From: Patescibacteria group bacterium
GTDB lineage: Bacteria; Patescibacteriota; Minisyncoccia; Phycocordibacterales; UBA2100
Direction of reading: 5' to 3'
NCBI GenBank assembly: GCA_021731295.1
Contig: JAKFXQ010000001.1
Span: 1,636 to 65,635, forward strand
Length of the DNA stretch: 64,000 nt
Positions 55,179 through 64,000 of this stretch are shown piece by piece. The notes beneath the pieces are model-generated. The model saw only the letters and a list, made by a program, of their open reading frames with translations. It was not told the DNA's origin and made no database searches. Within the stretch, counting starts at the first letter, position 1. Each line of letters starts with the position of its first letter. The position numbers and the translations under genes were made by a program.

Positions 55179-56464
55179 GTATCGTGCAGAACGCAGAGGA
55201 ACTCGGCCGTACCGAGGGACGGCGAACGATGCTGCGCATCATAGAATCTGGACTGCGCGGAATCGATACCGACCACGTTGTGCGTTCAAGCGTGCACATA
55301 GACGGGACCGTACTCACGATTCGCCCGACGCACAGTCTCTCGCACCCAGACGCACACACCTACGACCTCGCCCATTTCGAACACGTCTACATTGTCGGCT
55401 GCGGCAAAGTGGCGTGCACAGCCGCCGCAACACTTGAGTCCATCCTAGGTCATCGCGTGAAAGACGGCGCGGTCGTTGGACTTTCAGACAACATTTGTGA
55501 AATCGTTTCCACCTACAAAGGTTCACACCCGCTTCCGTCGACACAAAATTTTCGCGCGAGCGAGCACATGAAGGAGATTGGGGCACAGATTACGGATAAG
55601 GACTTGGTCATCGCAGTCATTTCAGGCGGTGGTTCCGCAATGCTCTGTTCCAGCGCGGGCGAGTGCGACCAAGGAGCACGTCTGTATGATGCATTTCTTC
55701 CAACGGGAGGCACTATCGACGAACTCAACGTCGTGCGCCGCCACATCTCCGACCTGAAAGGAGGTGGGCTGGCCAAGGCGCTCTATCCAGCAACGGTGGT
55801 AGGCCTCATCTTTTCCGACGTTCCGGGCGGGAACCCGGAAACGGTCGCATCAGGCCCGACGTATCGTGATACAACAACCACCGAGGATGCACAGCGCATC
55901 ATCGCAAAGTACTCGCTCGGTGAGTATGCGCTGACCGAGACACCAAAAGAGGAGCGGTACTTTGAGAAAGTGACGAATGTCCTTCTCGCCAGCAACGAGA
56001 CAGCGCTCCATTCCATGGCACATGCAGCGCGCGAACTGGGCTTTCACGCGATTCTGCCGCAGTGTGACCCGTACAGCACACCTGATGCACTGGTCAGCTG
56101 CATGCTCGGCGCGTCGCAACCGCACGCAGTGGTGTTAGTTGGCGGAGAGCCACGACTCGCCGTTCCCGCAGTCGGCTCTGGCGACGGTGGACGCTGTAGC
56201 TATACGGCCCTCGCTGCGCTCGAAACACTCTCTGGACATCACGTCTTCGCGGCCCTCGCTTCTGATGGTCACGACAACAGTGTCCATGCGGGCGCTTTCG
56301 CCGATTCGCTCACACTCACCCGCGCGCACGAGCTGGGAATTACTCCAAACATGTACCGCCCATCACTCACTTCGAACGCCTTCTTCGCACAGACGCATGA
56401 CCTTATTGATACGGGCCCACTCGAATCGAATGTCTCCGATTTATTCGTCCTTCTGAGTGTATGA
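55175..56464 (+). CDS. glycerate 2-kinase (MOFRL family)
   Basis: MOFRL-type N-terminal block, VIAVISGGGSAML and LKGGGLAKA motifs; ATGA overlap with upstream gene. Confidence 0.75.
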   Translation: MSIVQNAEELGRTEGRRTMLRIIESGLRGIDTDHVVRSSVHIDGTVLTIRPTHSLSHPDAHTYDLAHFEHVYIVGCGKVACTAAATLESILGHRVKDGAVVGLSDNICEIVSTYKGSHPLPSTQNFRASEHMKEIGAQITDKDLVIAVISGGGSAMLCSSAGECDQGARLYDAFLPTGGTIDELNVVRRHISDLKGGGLAKALYPATVVGLIFSDVPGGNPETVASGPTYRDTTTTEDAQRIIAKYSLGEYALTETPKEERYFEKVTNVLLASNETALHSMAHAARELGFHAILPQCDPYSTPDALVSCMLGASQPHAVVLVGGEPRLAVPAVGSGDGGRCSYTALAALETLSGHHVFAALASDGHDNSVHAGAFADSLTLTRAHELGITPNMYRPSLTSNAFFAQTHDLIDTGPLESNVSDLFVLLSV

Positions 56465-57675
56465 ACGGCATCACCGCAATTCATGCTGAACGTATCCGCG
56501 ACTCACGCGGGAAGGCAACGCTGCGCATTATCGTTGAAGCTGGAGACGCACGCGGTGCGTTTGACGTGCCCAGCGGCGCATCCACCGGTTCGCGTGAAGC
56601 GCACGAACTCCGCGATGACGATGGCGGCGTTACCCGAGCCGTACATGCTGTCGAATCCGAGATTGCCCCCGCGCTCAGTGGCACCGACGTTACCAAACAA
56701 CGTGCACTCGATGAGCTTCTGATTTCGCTCGACGGCACGCCTCGCAAGGAGCGCCTGGGCGGTAATGCGCTCATCGGCGTCTCCATCGCCGCGGCGCGGG
56801 CCGCCGCCTCCTCACTACACATTTCCCTGGTCGCACACCTGCGATCGCTTGCGTCCATGATGCCATCGCGCGAGACACCGCGCCTTTTTGTTAATCTCAT
56901 TAACGGCGGCAAGCACGCCGAGGGCGGCTCCCCTATCCAGGAGCACCAGATTGTCACCGAAACGGATAACATCGCCCAAGCACTCCAGCAAGCAGAGCAG
57001 GTTGAGCGCGTTCTCGGAGACATACTTGAAGCTCGTGGCATTCTTGCGCGTCGCGGAGACGAAGGAGGCTACGCATTCTCCGTGAATTCCATAGACGAAC
57101 CGTTCGCGCTCCTCGGTGAAGCGGTGCGCACGTGTAATATCCCGGGACTCTCCCTTGGAGCTGACGCGGCCGCCTCGTCTTTTTTCAACGATGGCGCATA
57201 CCACGTTCTCGGCGAGTCGTACGATACGGCGGCACTGAGCGCGCACTATCGCTCACTGCATGAGACGCATGGACTCATCTTCCTTGAAGATCCATTTCAC
57301 GAAGACGCAGTACCAGACTTCGCTGCACTCAAAACGGCACAACCAGCATTCATTCTTATTGGCGATGACCTCACGACAACGAACGCGGAGAGTATTCGTG
57401 CAGCCGCGAAGCAGCATGCCATCCAGGCCGTCATCATTAAACCGAATCAAATCGGCACGCTCACGGAAACCATCGAAGCAATGAAAGTAGCGCGCGAGAA
57501 CAGCGTTCACTGCATCGTTTCCCATCGTTCTGGCGAAACACACGACGACTTCATTGCAGATGTAGCGTACGCCTTTGGCGCGTATGGACTGAAGGCAGGG
57601 GCCCCGTCTGCGCCTGAACGTAAGGTAAAATATGAACGTCTCGTCGAGATTTCTCATGATAGAGCGCACACATGA
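56461..57675 (+). CDS. eno: enolase (phosphopyruvate hydratase)
   Basis: VPSGASTGSREAHELRDDD, SHRSGET, KPNQIGTLTE enolase signatures; overlaps glycerate kinase stop by 4 nt. Confidence 0.9.
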   Translation: MNGITAIHAERIRDSRGKATLRIIVEAGDARGAFDVPSGASTGSREAHELRDDDGGVTRAVHAVESEIAPALSGTDVTKQRALDELLISLDGTPRKERLGGNALIGVSIAAARAAASSLHISLVAHLRSLASMMPSRETPRLFVNLINGGKHAEGGSPIQEHQIVTETDNIAQALQQAEQVERVLGDILEARGILARRGDEGGYAFSVNSIDEPFALLGEAVRTCNIPGLSLGADAAASSFFNDGAYHVLGESYDTAALSAHYRSLHETHGLIFLEDPFHEDAVPDFAALKTAQPAFILIGDDLTTTNAESIRAAAKQHAIQAVIIKPNQIGTLTETIEAMKVARENSVHCIVSHRSGETHDDFIADVAYAFGAYGLKAGAPSAPERKVKYERLVEISHDRAHT

Positions 57676-58462
57676 CCGTTCGGATACACAGCTCATAGCA
57701 ACCATTGGGCCAGCATCTGGTGCACGCGAAAAAATTCGCATGATGCTGGATGCGGGTATGGACGTCGCGCGCCTCAACGGTGCGTGGGGCGACCATGAGC
57801 AGTATGAAAGCTTCATCGCGCCACTGCGTGCAGAAGCGCAGGCACTGAGACGAAACATACCCATCATCCTCGATCTTCCTGGGCCGCGCGTGCAAGAAGG
57901 ACAGGAACATCACGCTGGCACGGGACCACTCCTCACCGAACGAGACTGCGAGCACATCGCCTTCGGCGTGAAGCACGCGATCGAGTACTTCGCACAATCC
58001 TACGTAGGACGCGCGGAAGACGTGGAGCGACTCCGCGAAGAAATCACACGACACGGGGGGCGTGCGAAAATTATTGCAAAAATTGAACGTAAGGAAGCAC
58101 TCCAAGATATACAGGCAATCGTCCGAGTCGCTGACGCTATCATGATTGCGCGCGGCGATTTGGGGAACGAAATTCCACTAGAAACCATTCCGTTTGTGCA
58201 AGCAGACCTCATCAAGGCAGCGCGACGCGGCAAACGCCCCGTTATAGTGGCCACTGAAATGCTTTCGTCCATGGTTGACCAGGACCGTCCCTCGCGCGCG
58301 GATGTGACGGATATCGTCACTGCCGTCATGCAGGGAGCGGATGCCGTTATGCTCTCAAACGAAACAGCGACGGGTCAGTTCCCTATCGAGTCGGTTGATG
58401 CCATGGAAAAAACGCTGCTCGAAGCAGAGAAGCACATTGCGATTACCCGCAGACTCCTCTAG
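57656..58462 (+). CDS. pyk: pyruvate kinase, short form lacking the C-terminal allosteric domain
   Basis: LIATIGPAS, MIARGDLG, KRPVIVATEMLSSM, RPSRADVTDIVTAV; 268 aa; overlaps eno by 20 nt. Confidence 0.75.
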   Translation: MIERTHDRSDTQLIATIGPASGAREKIRMMLDAGMDVARLNGAWGDHEQYESFIAPLRAEAQALRRNIPIILDLPGPRVQEGQEHHAGTGPLLTERDCEHIAFGVKHAIEYFAQSYVGRAEDVERLREEITRHGGRAKIIAKIERKEALQDIQAIVRVADAIMIARGDLGNEIPLETIPFVQADLIKAARRGKRPVIVATEMLSSMVDQDRPSRADVTDIVTAVMQGADAVMLSNETATGQFPIESVDAMEKTLLEAEKHIAITRRLL

Positions 58463-59046
58463 TCAACGACGGGCAGTCCGCCAAAATCTTCAGTCCGGAT
58501 TTCTGCGTAGAGCGGATTCTTCTTCAGCGCGGGCTTTCCCTCATGCTCGACTACGTAGTACGCGAATCCGCGCATCTTTTTCACCATTTCGTAATCCGCG
58601 TGTCCGGGCATCGAAACCGGATCTTTGTCACCGAAATCAACCGGTGAGTCATCGGCAGTAACGAAGTACGTTTTCCCCACGTTTACCACAAGGTGGCCAT
58701 GCCCCGGTGCCATGTATACACTGTCACCCGCTTTCACCTGAATCGCCTTAAAGAGTTCGAGCTTTTCTGGAACCGACGCACCTCCCTCTTCAACCATTTT
58801 CTGAATGAGCGCAACGCCGTCACCGTGTAAGACCCAGTATGTCTCGTCCAACTGCCCAATGTGATAGTGACCGTACGTTTTTATGTATTCACCCGCAACG
58901 GTGCCCGGTTCCCAAACGGTAATGTTCCGCACGTCCTTCCCACCACGAATCATGTAGTAGTGCGTGTCGGGACCGTTCGCTGCCGGGTCCATCAACACAT
59001 CCTTCATCTTTTCGTGCGTTCGCACCGCTAAGTGTTCAACAGTCAT
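58459..59046 (-). CDS. cupin-type glucose-6-phosphate isomerase (archaeal-type cPGI)
   Basis: TYGHYHIGQLDETYWVLHG and VYMAPGHGHLVVNVG parallel Pyrococcus cPGI TKGHFH...EVY and VYVPPYWAHRTVNIG. Trimmed to MTVEHLAV. Confidence 0.65.
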   Translation of the reverse strand: MTVEHLAVRTHEKMKDVLMDPAANGPDTHYYMIRGGKDVRNITVWEPGTVAGEYIKTYGHYHIGQLDETYWVLHGDGVALIQKMVEEGGASVPEKLELFKAIQVKAGDSVYMAPGHGHLVVNVGKTYFVTADDSPVDFGDKDPVSMPGHADYEMVKKMRGFAYYVVEHEGKPALKKNPLYAEIRTEDFGGLPVVD

Positions 59047-59068
59047 ATGTGCTAGTATCTCACCTTGT

Positions 59069-59776
59069 ATGAACCGATTGTACACGATTGCGACGAGTGA
59101 CACCCTGCGCAACATCTTTTTCTTTGCGCTTGCGCTCGGGTCGCTCTACGTCATTGCTCACGCCTTTGGTGATGAAAAGCTGCGAGCATTGGTACACGAC
59201 GCCGGCCCGTGGGGCTGGCTCGTCCTGATTGCAGCGAAAGCCTCAACAATGATTTTTGCACCGCTCTCCGGCGGATTGCTCTATCCGCTCGCTGGCTCAC
59301 TCTACGGATTCTGGACAGGCTGGCTTTTGGTCGTCATTGGAGACTTCATCGGGGGCACGGTTACATTTTGGATTAGTCGCATCTGGGGACGTGCCTTGAC
59401 CGAGCGCTTCCTGGGAAATGACACCGCCTTTCTCACGCGTGCACTGGAACTCATGGGCTCGTTGCGCGGGTTTCTCGTCGCCCGCGTCATGATGATATCG
59501 CTTCCTGAATTGGCGACGTACGCCGCGGGACTCACGAAAATCAATTACATTCCTTTCGTCATTATTCATGTGTGTGTCGGCCTCATTCCGAGCAGCATTT
59601 TGGTTGCGACCGGCGGGTACATCGTCGAAGGCAACTGGTACGGTACGGGGCTCACCTTGGGTGCCATGAGCCTCATCGGGGCGGCTGCAACGTACACATT
59701 CATGCGTGCAAATGGCATCGATTTGCTCTCCCCAGAGGTCCTGGAGGGGCGTGTTGCGAAAGATATTGACAAATGA
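59069..59776 (+). CDS. DedA/TVP38-family membrane protein
   Basis: FAPLSGGLLYPLAGSLYGFWTGWLLVVIGDFIGGTVTFWISR matches the DedA core. Confidence 0.65.
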   Translation: MNRLYTIATSDTLRNIFFFALALGSLYVIAHAFGDEKLRALVHDAGPWGWLVLIAAKASTMIFAPLSGGLLYPLAGSLYGFWTGWLLVVIGDFIGGTVTFWISRIWGRALTERFLGNDTAFLTRALELMGSLRGFLVARVMMISLPELATYAAGLTKINYIPFVIIHVCVGLIPSSILVATGGYIVEGNWYGTGLTLGAMSLIGAAATYTFMRANGIDLLSPEVLEGRVAKDIDK

Positions 59777-59839
59777 TAGTATCGTTGCGGGGAAAGTTCA
59801 CCGTTTCATCTGTATCGGTTTGGCCTGGAGGACAAGCGA

Positions 59840-60304
59840 ATGCCTATCCACGAAAAACGTCTCGACGTCGCAACGGTTCTCGACATTGGGGTCGAGGCGC
59901 GCAACCTCGGATTTCTGAATGTGCAGAACATGGCAATCGCCGTGTTGGTGCACCAAGCACTCATCGGGCACCCACTCTTGCGTCTCCGACTGTACATGGA
60001 CGACCCGTACTGCGAAGATGTGGACGAGCACAGCGACCTCGTCTCCGTCTCGCTCACCCGTGGCGAAAAGAAGTTGCGGCTGCCCTTGAACATGCTGACG
60101 GATCGGGCCCGCAATGAATTCTTGCGGACACTGGAACCCGCGGAGCGACTGCCGCGCGAAGAGAGCACACGCCGGCCACAGCGCAAAGAAGCGGCATCTG
60201 AAGCTGCCGAACGCAGGCTCGCGAACAAGCTCGTTCAGTGCGCCGGTCAGATTCCGATGGGAATCGTCCGCAACGTGCGGGCCGCGGACATGGCGACAGC
60301 CTAA
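59840..60304 (+). CDS. hypothetical protein (154 aa)
   Basis: GGAGGA SD upstream; no recognised domain; basic C-terminal tail. Confidence 0.45.
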   Translation: MPIHEKRLDVATVLDIGVEARNLGFLNVQNMAIAVLVHQALIGHPLLRLRLYMDDPYCEDVDEHSDLVSVSLTRGEKKLRLPLNMLTDRARNEFLRTLEPAERLPREESTRRPQRKEAASEAAERRLANKLVQCAGQIPMGIVRNVRAADMATA

Positions 60305-60380
60305 CGAAGGAGACCACATCTCACACAAAGGGCCGCACCGGCAAAACCGGGCGGCCCTTCGAGTTTGTTGCTGATAAAGT

Positions 60381-62285
60381 CTACGCTCCTGGATTCGGCG
60401 TCACATTTTCTGCCCAGTCGGCGGCAGTATCCGTGTCCACAAGTGTCGTACGCGCAGTTGAACTGCCCGCAGGCATGATGGCGACGGATGGGTCAAACGC
60501 ACTTACGTCTGTCCCCCAACTCACGGAATCCACGAGTGCCGCCTCTGTGTTGCGAAGCTCAACGCGATCACCTATATTGCCGAGACCATTGCTGCCTATC
60601 GAGTTCCCAATCACATAGACCATCGTTCCTTCTGGGAATGTCCAGAAATCATCGGTCGTCGAAGTCGCCGTGACAATCATGTATTGCCCTGCAGCGAGCA
60701 CCGTTCCTTCTGTGAAGACGTCAGAGTTGGCCGCGTCATGAATGGCGTAGCCCGAGAGGTCGATGTCTGCATCGGTACCGTTGTGGATTTCGACCCACTC
60801 ATTACCAGGCTCTTCCCCCTGTCCTTCGCCGAGGTCATAGATAACTTCAGTGATAAGCAGGTCTCCCGGCACTGGTTCATCTGCCGGAGGAGTAAGAACA
60901 GTATCTATGACGTGAATGACACCGTTACTTGCTTCAATGTCGGTCACGATAATTTCGGCATCATTCACGAAGACACCATCCTCGTTTACCGTAATATCTA
61001 CCGTCTCACCAAGGAGTGTCGTCAGCATATCGGCAAGTACCACATTTGCCGCCATGAGTTTTCCGGAGACGACGTGATACAAGAGCACGTCTGTGAGTGC
61101 GGGAATGTCAGCGAGCAGTGCCGCAAGCACTCCTTCCGGTAACGCAGCGAATGCGTCATCAGTTGGAGCGAAGACCGTAAATGGTCCCGTGCCAGCTAGA
61201 TCATCGTCAAGACCTGCGGCGATAACCGCTGCCTCAAGCGTGTCGAACCTATCATCCGCGACGACAAGGGCCGTTATCGTCTGCAGGACTGGCTCTTCGG
61301 GAGCGATATCGTTGTTCGAAATCGTACAGATTTCCGTCTCGCCGTTACTTACCACAACATCCGCGCAGTTTTCATAACTCACCGCATATCCGTCCGCTGC
61401 TGTTTCAACAACGGAGTACGTGCCAGCATCTACCGACACGTCATTCTGTCCATCTTCCTCAAACGCAGTGGCCGAACCGCCGTTCACGCTGAACGAGAAA
61501 TCGCTCGCCATTGCATCGCCCTCGTCGTCGTTCACGACTACTTTCACGACACGCAGGGTACCCGGTTGGTCATCATTGGTTATCGTGCACGTTTTATTTT
61601 CGCCCAAAGCCACGGTGACTGTGCCGTCTGCGGCGCAGTCCCCTCCCCAGGTTCCGGCGGTATATCCCGCAATGTTAACCTCGCTTACCGTATGTGCGCC
61701 TACCGAGACAGTGTGCGCAACACTCCAAGACACGTTTACGTCGTCAATCTTTGCCTGGAACGCAGCGGCTGATGCGGCGCCACCGTCATCATTGACGACT
61801 GTCTTTGTGAGCGTGATGGTCGGCTGTGGAACCGGCTCATTGACCGTGACCGTAACGGATTTCGTCACGCTTCCTCCCGGGCCCGTGCATTCAAGTGCAT
61901 AGGTACTAGTTTCTTCCGGTGTCACTACTTGGTTGCCATCTGCTGTTTTTACGCCACTCCAATCGTTTGCTGCAGTGCACGACGTCGCATCAGTCGAATC
62001 CCACGTCAACGTGGATGACTCACCCTCCGTAATCGTCATCGGGCTCGCGCTGAACGTCAGCGTTGGTTCTTCTGGCGGTGGCGGCGGATTACAAATATCG
62101 GGATTGATAATCGGTTGCATCAGGCGGGCGCCAAGTCTGTCTTGTCGCTCACATAAACGTTCTACGATATCGGTGCCTGACCTATCTCCTCTCGCGTCGG
62201 CGAATAATGGAAGCATGCTCGCAAGAACGAGCAGACTTATGGTGAGCACGGTCCCCCGACGCGCTCCGAAACGTATATTGCCCAT
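60381..62285 (-). CDS. secreted protein with fasciclin (FAS1) domain, beta-sandwich repeats and C-terminal lamin-tail domain (LTD)
   Basis: [11 protein letters not shown]...LLYHVVSG...[11 protein letters not shown] (FAS1); C-terminal LLITEVIYD...[19 protein letters not shown] (LTD). Confidence 0.65.
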   Translation of the reverse strand: MGNIRFGARRGTVLTISLLVLASMLPLFADARGDRSGTDIVERLCERQDRLGARLMQPIINPDICNPPPPPEEPTLTFSASPMTITEGESSTLTWDSTDATSCTAANDWSGVKTADGNQVVTPEETSTYALECTGPGGSVTKSVTVTVNEPVPQPTITLTKTVVNDDGGAASAAAFQAKIDDVNVSWSVAHTVSVGAHTVSEVNIAGYTAGTWGGDCAADGTVTVALGENKTCTITNDDQPGTLRVVKVVVNDDEGDAMASDFSFSVNGGSATAFEEDGQNDVSVDAGTYSVVETAADGYAVSYENCADVVVSNGETEICTISNNDIAPEEPVLQTITALVVADDRFDTLEAAVIAAGLDDDLAGTGPFTVFAPTDDAFAALPEGVLAALLADIPALTDVLLYHVVSGKLMAANVVLADMLTTLLGETVDITVNEDGVFVNDAEIIVTDIEASNGVIHVIDTVLTPPADEPVPGDLLITEVIYDLGEGQGEEPGNEWVEIHNGTDADIDLSGYAIHDAANSDVFTEGTVLAAGQYMIVTATSTTDDFWTFPEGTMVYVIGNSIGSNGLGNIGDRVELRNTEAALVDSVSWGTDVSAFDPSVAIMPAGSSTARTTLVDTDTAADWAENVTPNPGA

Positions 62286-62394
62286 ATGAATGGGTTAGTT
62301 GCGCGGCGCACACGCGCGGTTGCTAATACCTCATTCTACGCGCGCGCGATAGATGCATTTCGCATCGTGCTGTGCATAACTACAAGACGAGATC

Positions 62395-63510
62395 CTAGTG
62401 CCACTTACGCGCGATGTCCCATTTAAAACTTATTGCGACACCAAGCGCGAGGAAAATAAAGAAGGCGCGCGCCAGCCAGCCGACGATAGGGACAAACCAA
62501 ATGAGATAAAAGATTGTCGCACCCAAGGTAGTCGTCTTCCATGTCACTTTCGGGGCGTTTCCTGATATCCACGAGTATAAGAAGCTGCCAAAGAGAATCG
62601 GACCGATGAGGTGTGCGAATACGCCAAGGCCCAAAAATCCCAGAATGCCAAGAAGCCCGAGCGGTAAACCAATTATTGAAACGATGAGAATGATGGAAAT
62701 GACCGGAAGCACTATCATCGTCGCTAAGCCCAGCGCGAACTCCTGCACCGGTCGCGCCTTTGCGCGCCCAATAAGGTCAACCGCGTACGAATTGAAGAAA
62801 TACGAAATGACGAGTGAGCCAACAAGGAGCATTAGGAATTTGAGTACAAACCAGACGGATAGAAACGCGATGAATCCTTGTGCTGCTGCTTCCCTGACAT
62901 TCGGGCGCGGGGTGAACGTGACTTCGCCTGCAATGGTCGCGCCAGCCGCTTTCTGCATCGCGGAAATTGCCGAATAGCGCAGAGCACCAGCGAGAGATGC
63001 GCTGTCGGAGAGAATTAGTTTTTCCGCATCGATGCGCGCATCGCCGCCGACGGACGAATTCAGCTCCACCGTCCCTCCGCCCGCGTACACGTCGCCGCGA
63101 ATCGGCGTATCTATGCGGACCGTTCCTCCGTATGCAACGACATCGCCGGCTACTGGCCCCGAAACCAAGACGTGCCCGCCGAAAACAAGAAGGTCTCCGC
63201 CGACTGCGCCGTGGATGGTGACGTTCCCACCAACAATGCGCACATCGTCCGTCGTCGTTCCCACCGTCGTGACACCACCTGCGGCGATGAACATATCGCC
63301 AGTGACAAGTCCTTGAGACAGCACCTGACCACCGGTGGCGAAAAAGTCGCCACGCACCGTACCTAGTTGCGAGACGGCACCGCCAGCAGCATACAAATCA
63401 TCAACAATCGTTTCTGACGCGAGCAAGCTGACTTGGTCTGATGCCCGCATCTCGAATGCTGCTGCATACAGAGGTGCGATGAAGGAGAGGAGTATCGCGA
63501 GACGTACCAT
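62395..63510 (-). CDS. bactofilin-like repeat (polymer-forming beta-helix) protein with C-terminal multi-TM region
   Basis: Signal/TM; repeated G-x-V-x-x-x-G-x-V-x-G-D units x8; about 5 C-terminal TM helices. Confidence 0.5.
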   Translation of the reverse strand: MVRLAILLSFIAPLYAAAFEMRASDQVSLLASETIVDDLYAAGGAVSQLGTVRGDFFATGGQVLSQGLVTGDMFIAAGGVTTVGTTTDDVRIVGGNVTIHGAVGGDLLVFGGHVLVSGPVAGDVVAYGGTVRIDTPIRGDVYAGGGTVELNSSVGGDARIDAEKLILSDSASLAGALRYSAISAMQKAAGATIAGEVTFTPRPNVREAAAQGFIAFLSVWFVLKFLMLLVGSLVISYFFNSYAVDLIGRAKARPVQEFALGLATMIVLPVISIILIVSIIGLPLGLLGILGFLGLGVFAHLIGPILFGSFLYSWISGNAPKVTWKTTTLGATIFYLIWFVPIVGWLARAFFIFLALGVAISFKWDIARKWH

Positions 63511-63556
63511 CCCCGCACTATAGCAAAGCTGTCATCCGCGGACTACACTATTGAGC

Positions 63557-64000
63557 GTGACATTCTTCGAGAGCATCATTCTGGGAGTTGTCGAGGGTCT
63601 GACCGAATTTCTACCGGTTTCCTCCACGGGCCACCTCATACTGACATCCAGCGCACTCGGCCTGCCGCATACGGAATTCGTGAAGAGTTTCGAGATTGCC
63701 ATTCAGCTGGGCGCCGTACTCGCCGTGCTCGCGCTTTTTCCGCGGAAGTTCCTGGATATCGAGGTACTGAAGCGGCTCGTTGTCGCCTTCGTCCCGACTG
63801 CTGTCATCGGCCTTGTGGCCTACGAATTCATCAAGGGGTATCTGATTGGTAATGAGCTCGTCGTCGTTATCGCGCTCGCATTCGGCGGACTCATCATGAT
63901 TGCATTTGAATACCTGCGGCGCGACGCGCCGGAAGGTACGAGCAAACTGAGCTATCGTCACGCCGCACTCATCGGCATATTCCAGTCTTTCGCCGTTGTG
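63557..64000 (+). CDS. uppP: undecaprenyl-diphosphatase (UppP/BacA), 5' partial at window end
   Basis: VTFFESIILGVVEGLTEFLPVSSTGHLIL signature; GTG start; runs off the window. Confidence 0.85.
   Translation, partial: MTFFESIILGVVEGLTEFLPVSSTGHLILTSSALGLPHTEFVKSFEIAIQLGAVLAVLALFPRKFLDIEVLKRLVVAFVPTAVIGLVAYEFIKGYLIGNELVVVIALAFGGLIMIAFEYLRRDAPEGTSKLSYRHAALIGIFQSFAVV

Noticed and set aside
63611-63961. 116-aa minus-strand ORF at window end
   Set aside because: Antisense to the highly conserved uppP N-terminus; spurious.
1-64000. Search for CRISPR arrays, IS elements, integrases and known defence genes (RM, TA, Cas, Abi)
   Set aside because: No regularly spaced direct repeats and no transposase-, integrase-, nuclease- or Cas-like ORFs were recognised. 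The only interspersed repeats are coding repeats (9512-9658, HYR modules).

Overview
This is a gene-dense, roughly 55-60% GC bacterial chromosomal segment with many overlapping or 2-4 nt-spaced genes. The mix of a cupin-type PGI, CarS-like protein, SET-domain protein, dockerin, type IV pilin, GH57 and many secreted ORFans fits a small-genome, possibly CPR/Patescibacteria-like or other reduced lineage, but that assignment is an inference.

Recognised content:
- Three tRNAs: Pro-GGG, Val-CAC and Asn-GUU.
- A cell-shape operon greA-proS-mreB-mreC-mreD-mrdA on the minus strand, plus a second, separately promoted mreB paralog.
- rseP, frr, a short holB-like gene, def and fmt separated by a membrane protein, hpf, a DUF167 (YggU) gene and a PAP2 phosphatase.
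- A large glucan/glycogen cluster: GT4 glycogen synthase-like, GH57, two GH15-like genes, GH5-like, GH1, ROK kinase, an EamA transporter and a CarS-like gene.
- A compact operon of 2-hydroxyacid dehydrogenase, glycerate 2-kinase, enolase and a short pyruvate kinase, facing an archaeal-type cupin phosphoglucose isomerase.
- Many secreted or surface proteins: a 901-aa HYR-repeat protein with a C-terminal peptidoglycan-binding domain, a fasciclin+LTD protein, a CAP/SCP protein, a cupredoxin, an SH3b protein, a cohesin-dockerin protein, a type IV pilin and a bactofilin-like protein.

Most unusual region: a lower-GC islet directly downstream of tRNA-Asn (about 18.27-20.34 kb). A near-consensus sigma70 promoter drives a tightly packed five-gene minus-strand operon of four paralogous 56-77 aa HTH proteins (sigma70-region-4-like) plus a 196-aa protein with no recognisable domain. 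A perfect 12-bp-arm palindrome and a well-formed small gene with SD and terminator sit at the distal edge. No integrase, transposase, CRISPR array or known defence gene was found.

Other notable points:
- mreB2 and probably def are leaderless, with the -10 box 6-7 nt before the start codon.
- An mreB2 / 418-aa coiled-coil / 59-aa gene module.
- A bacterial SET-domain methyltransferase next to a cohesin-dockerin protein.
- A 21-bp x7 in-frame acidic repeat in a DUF1003-like membrane protein.
- A cluster of orphan small genes (26.8-29.9 kb), each with its own SD and terminator.
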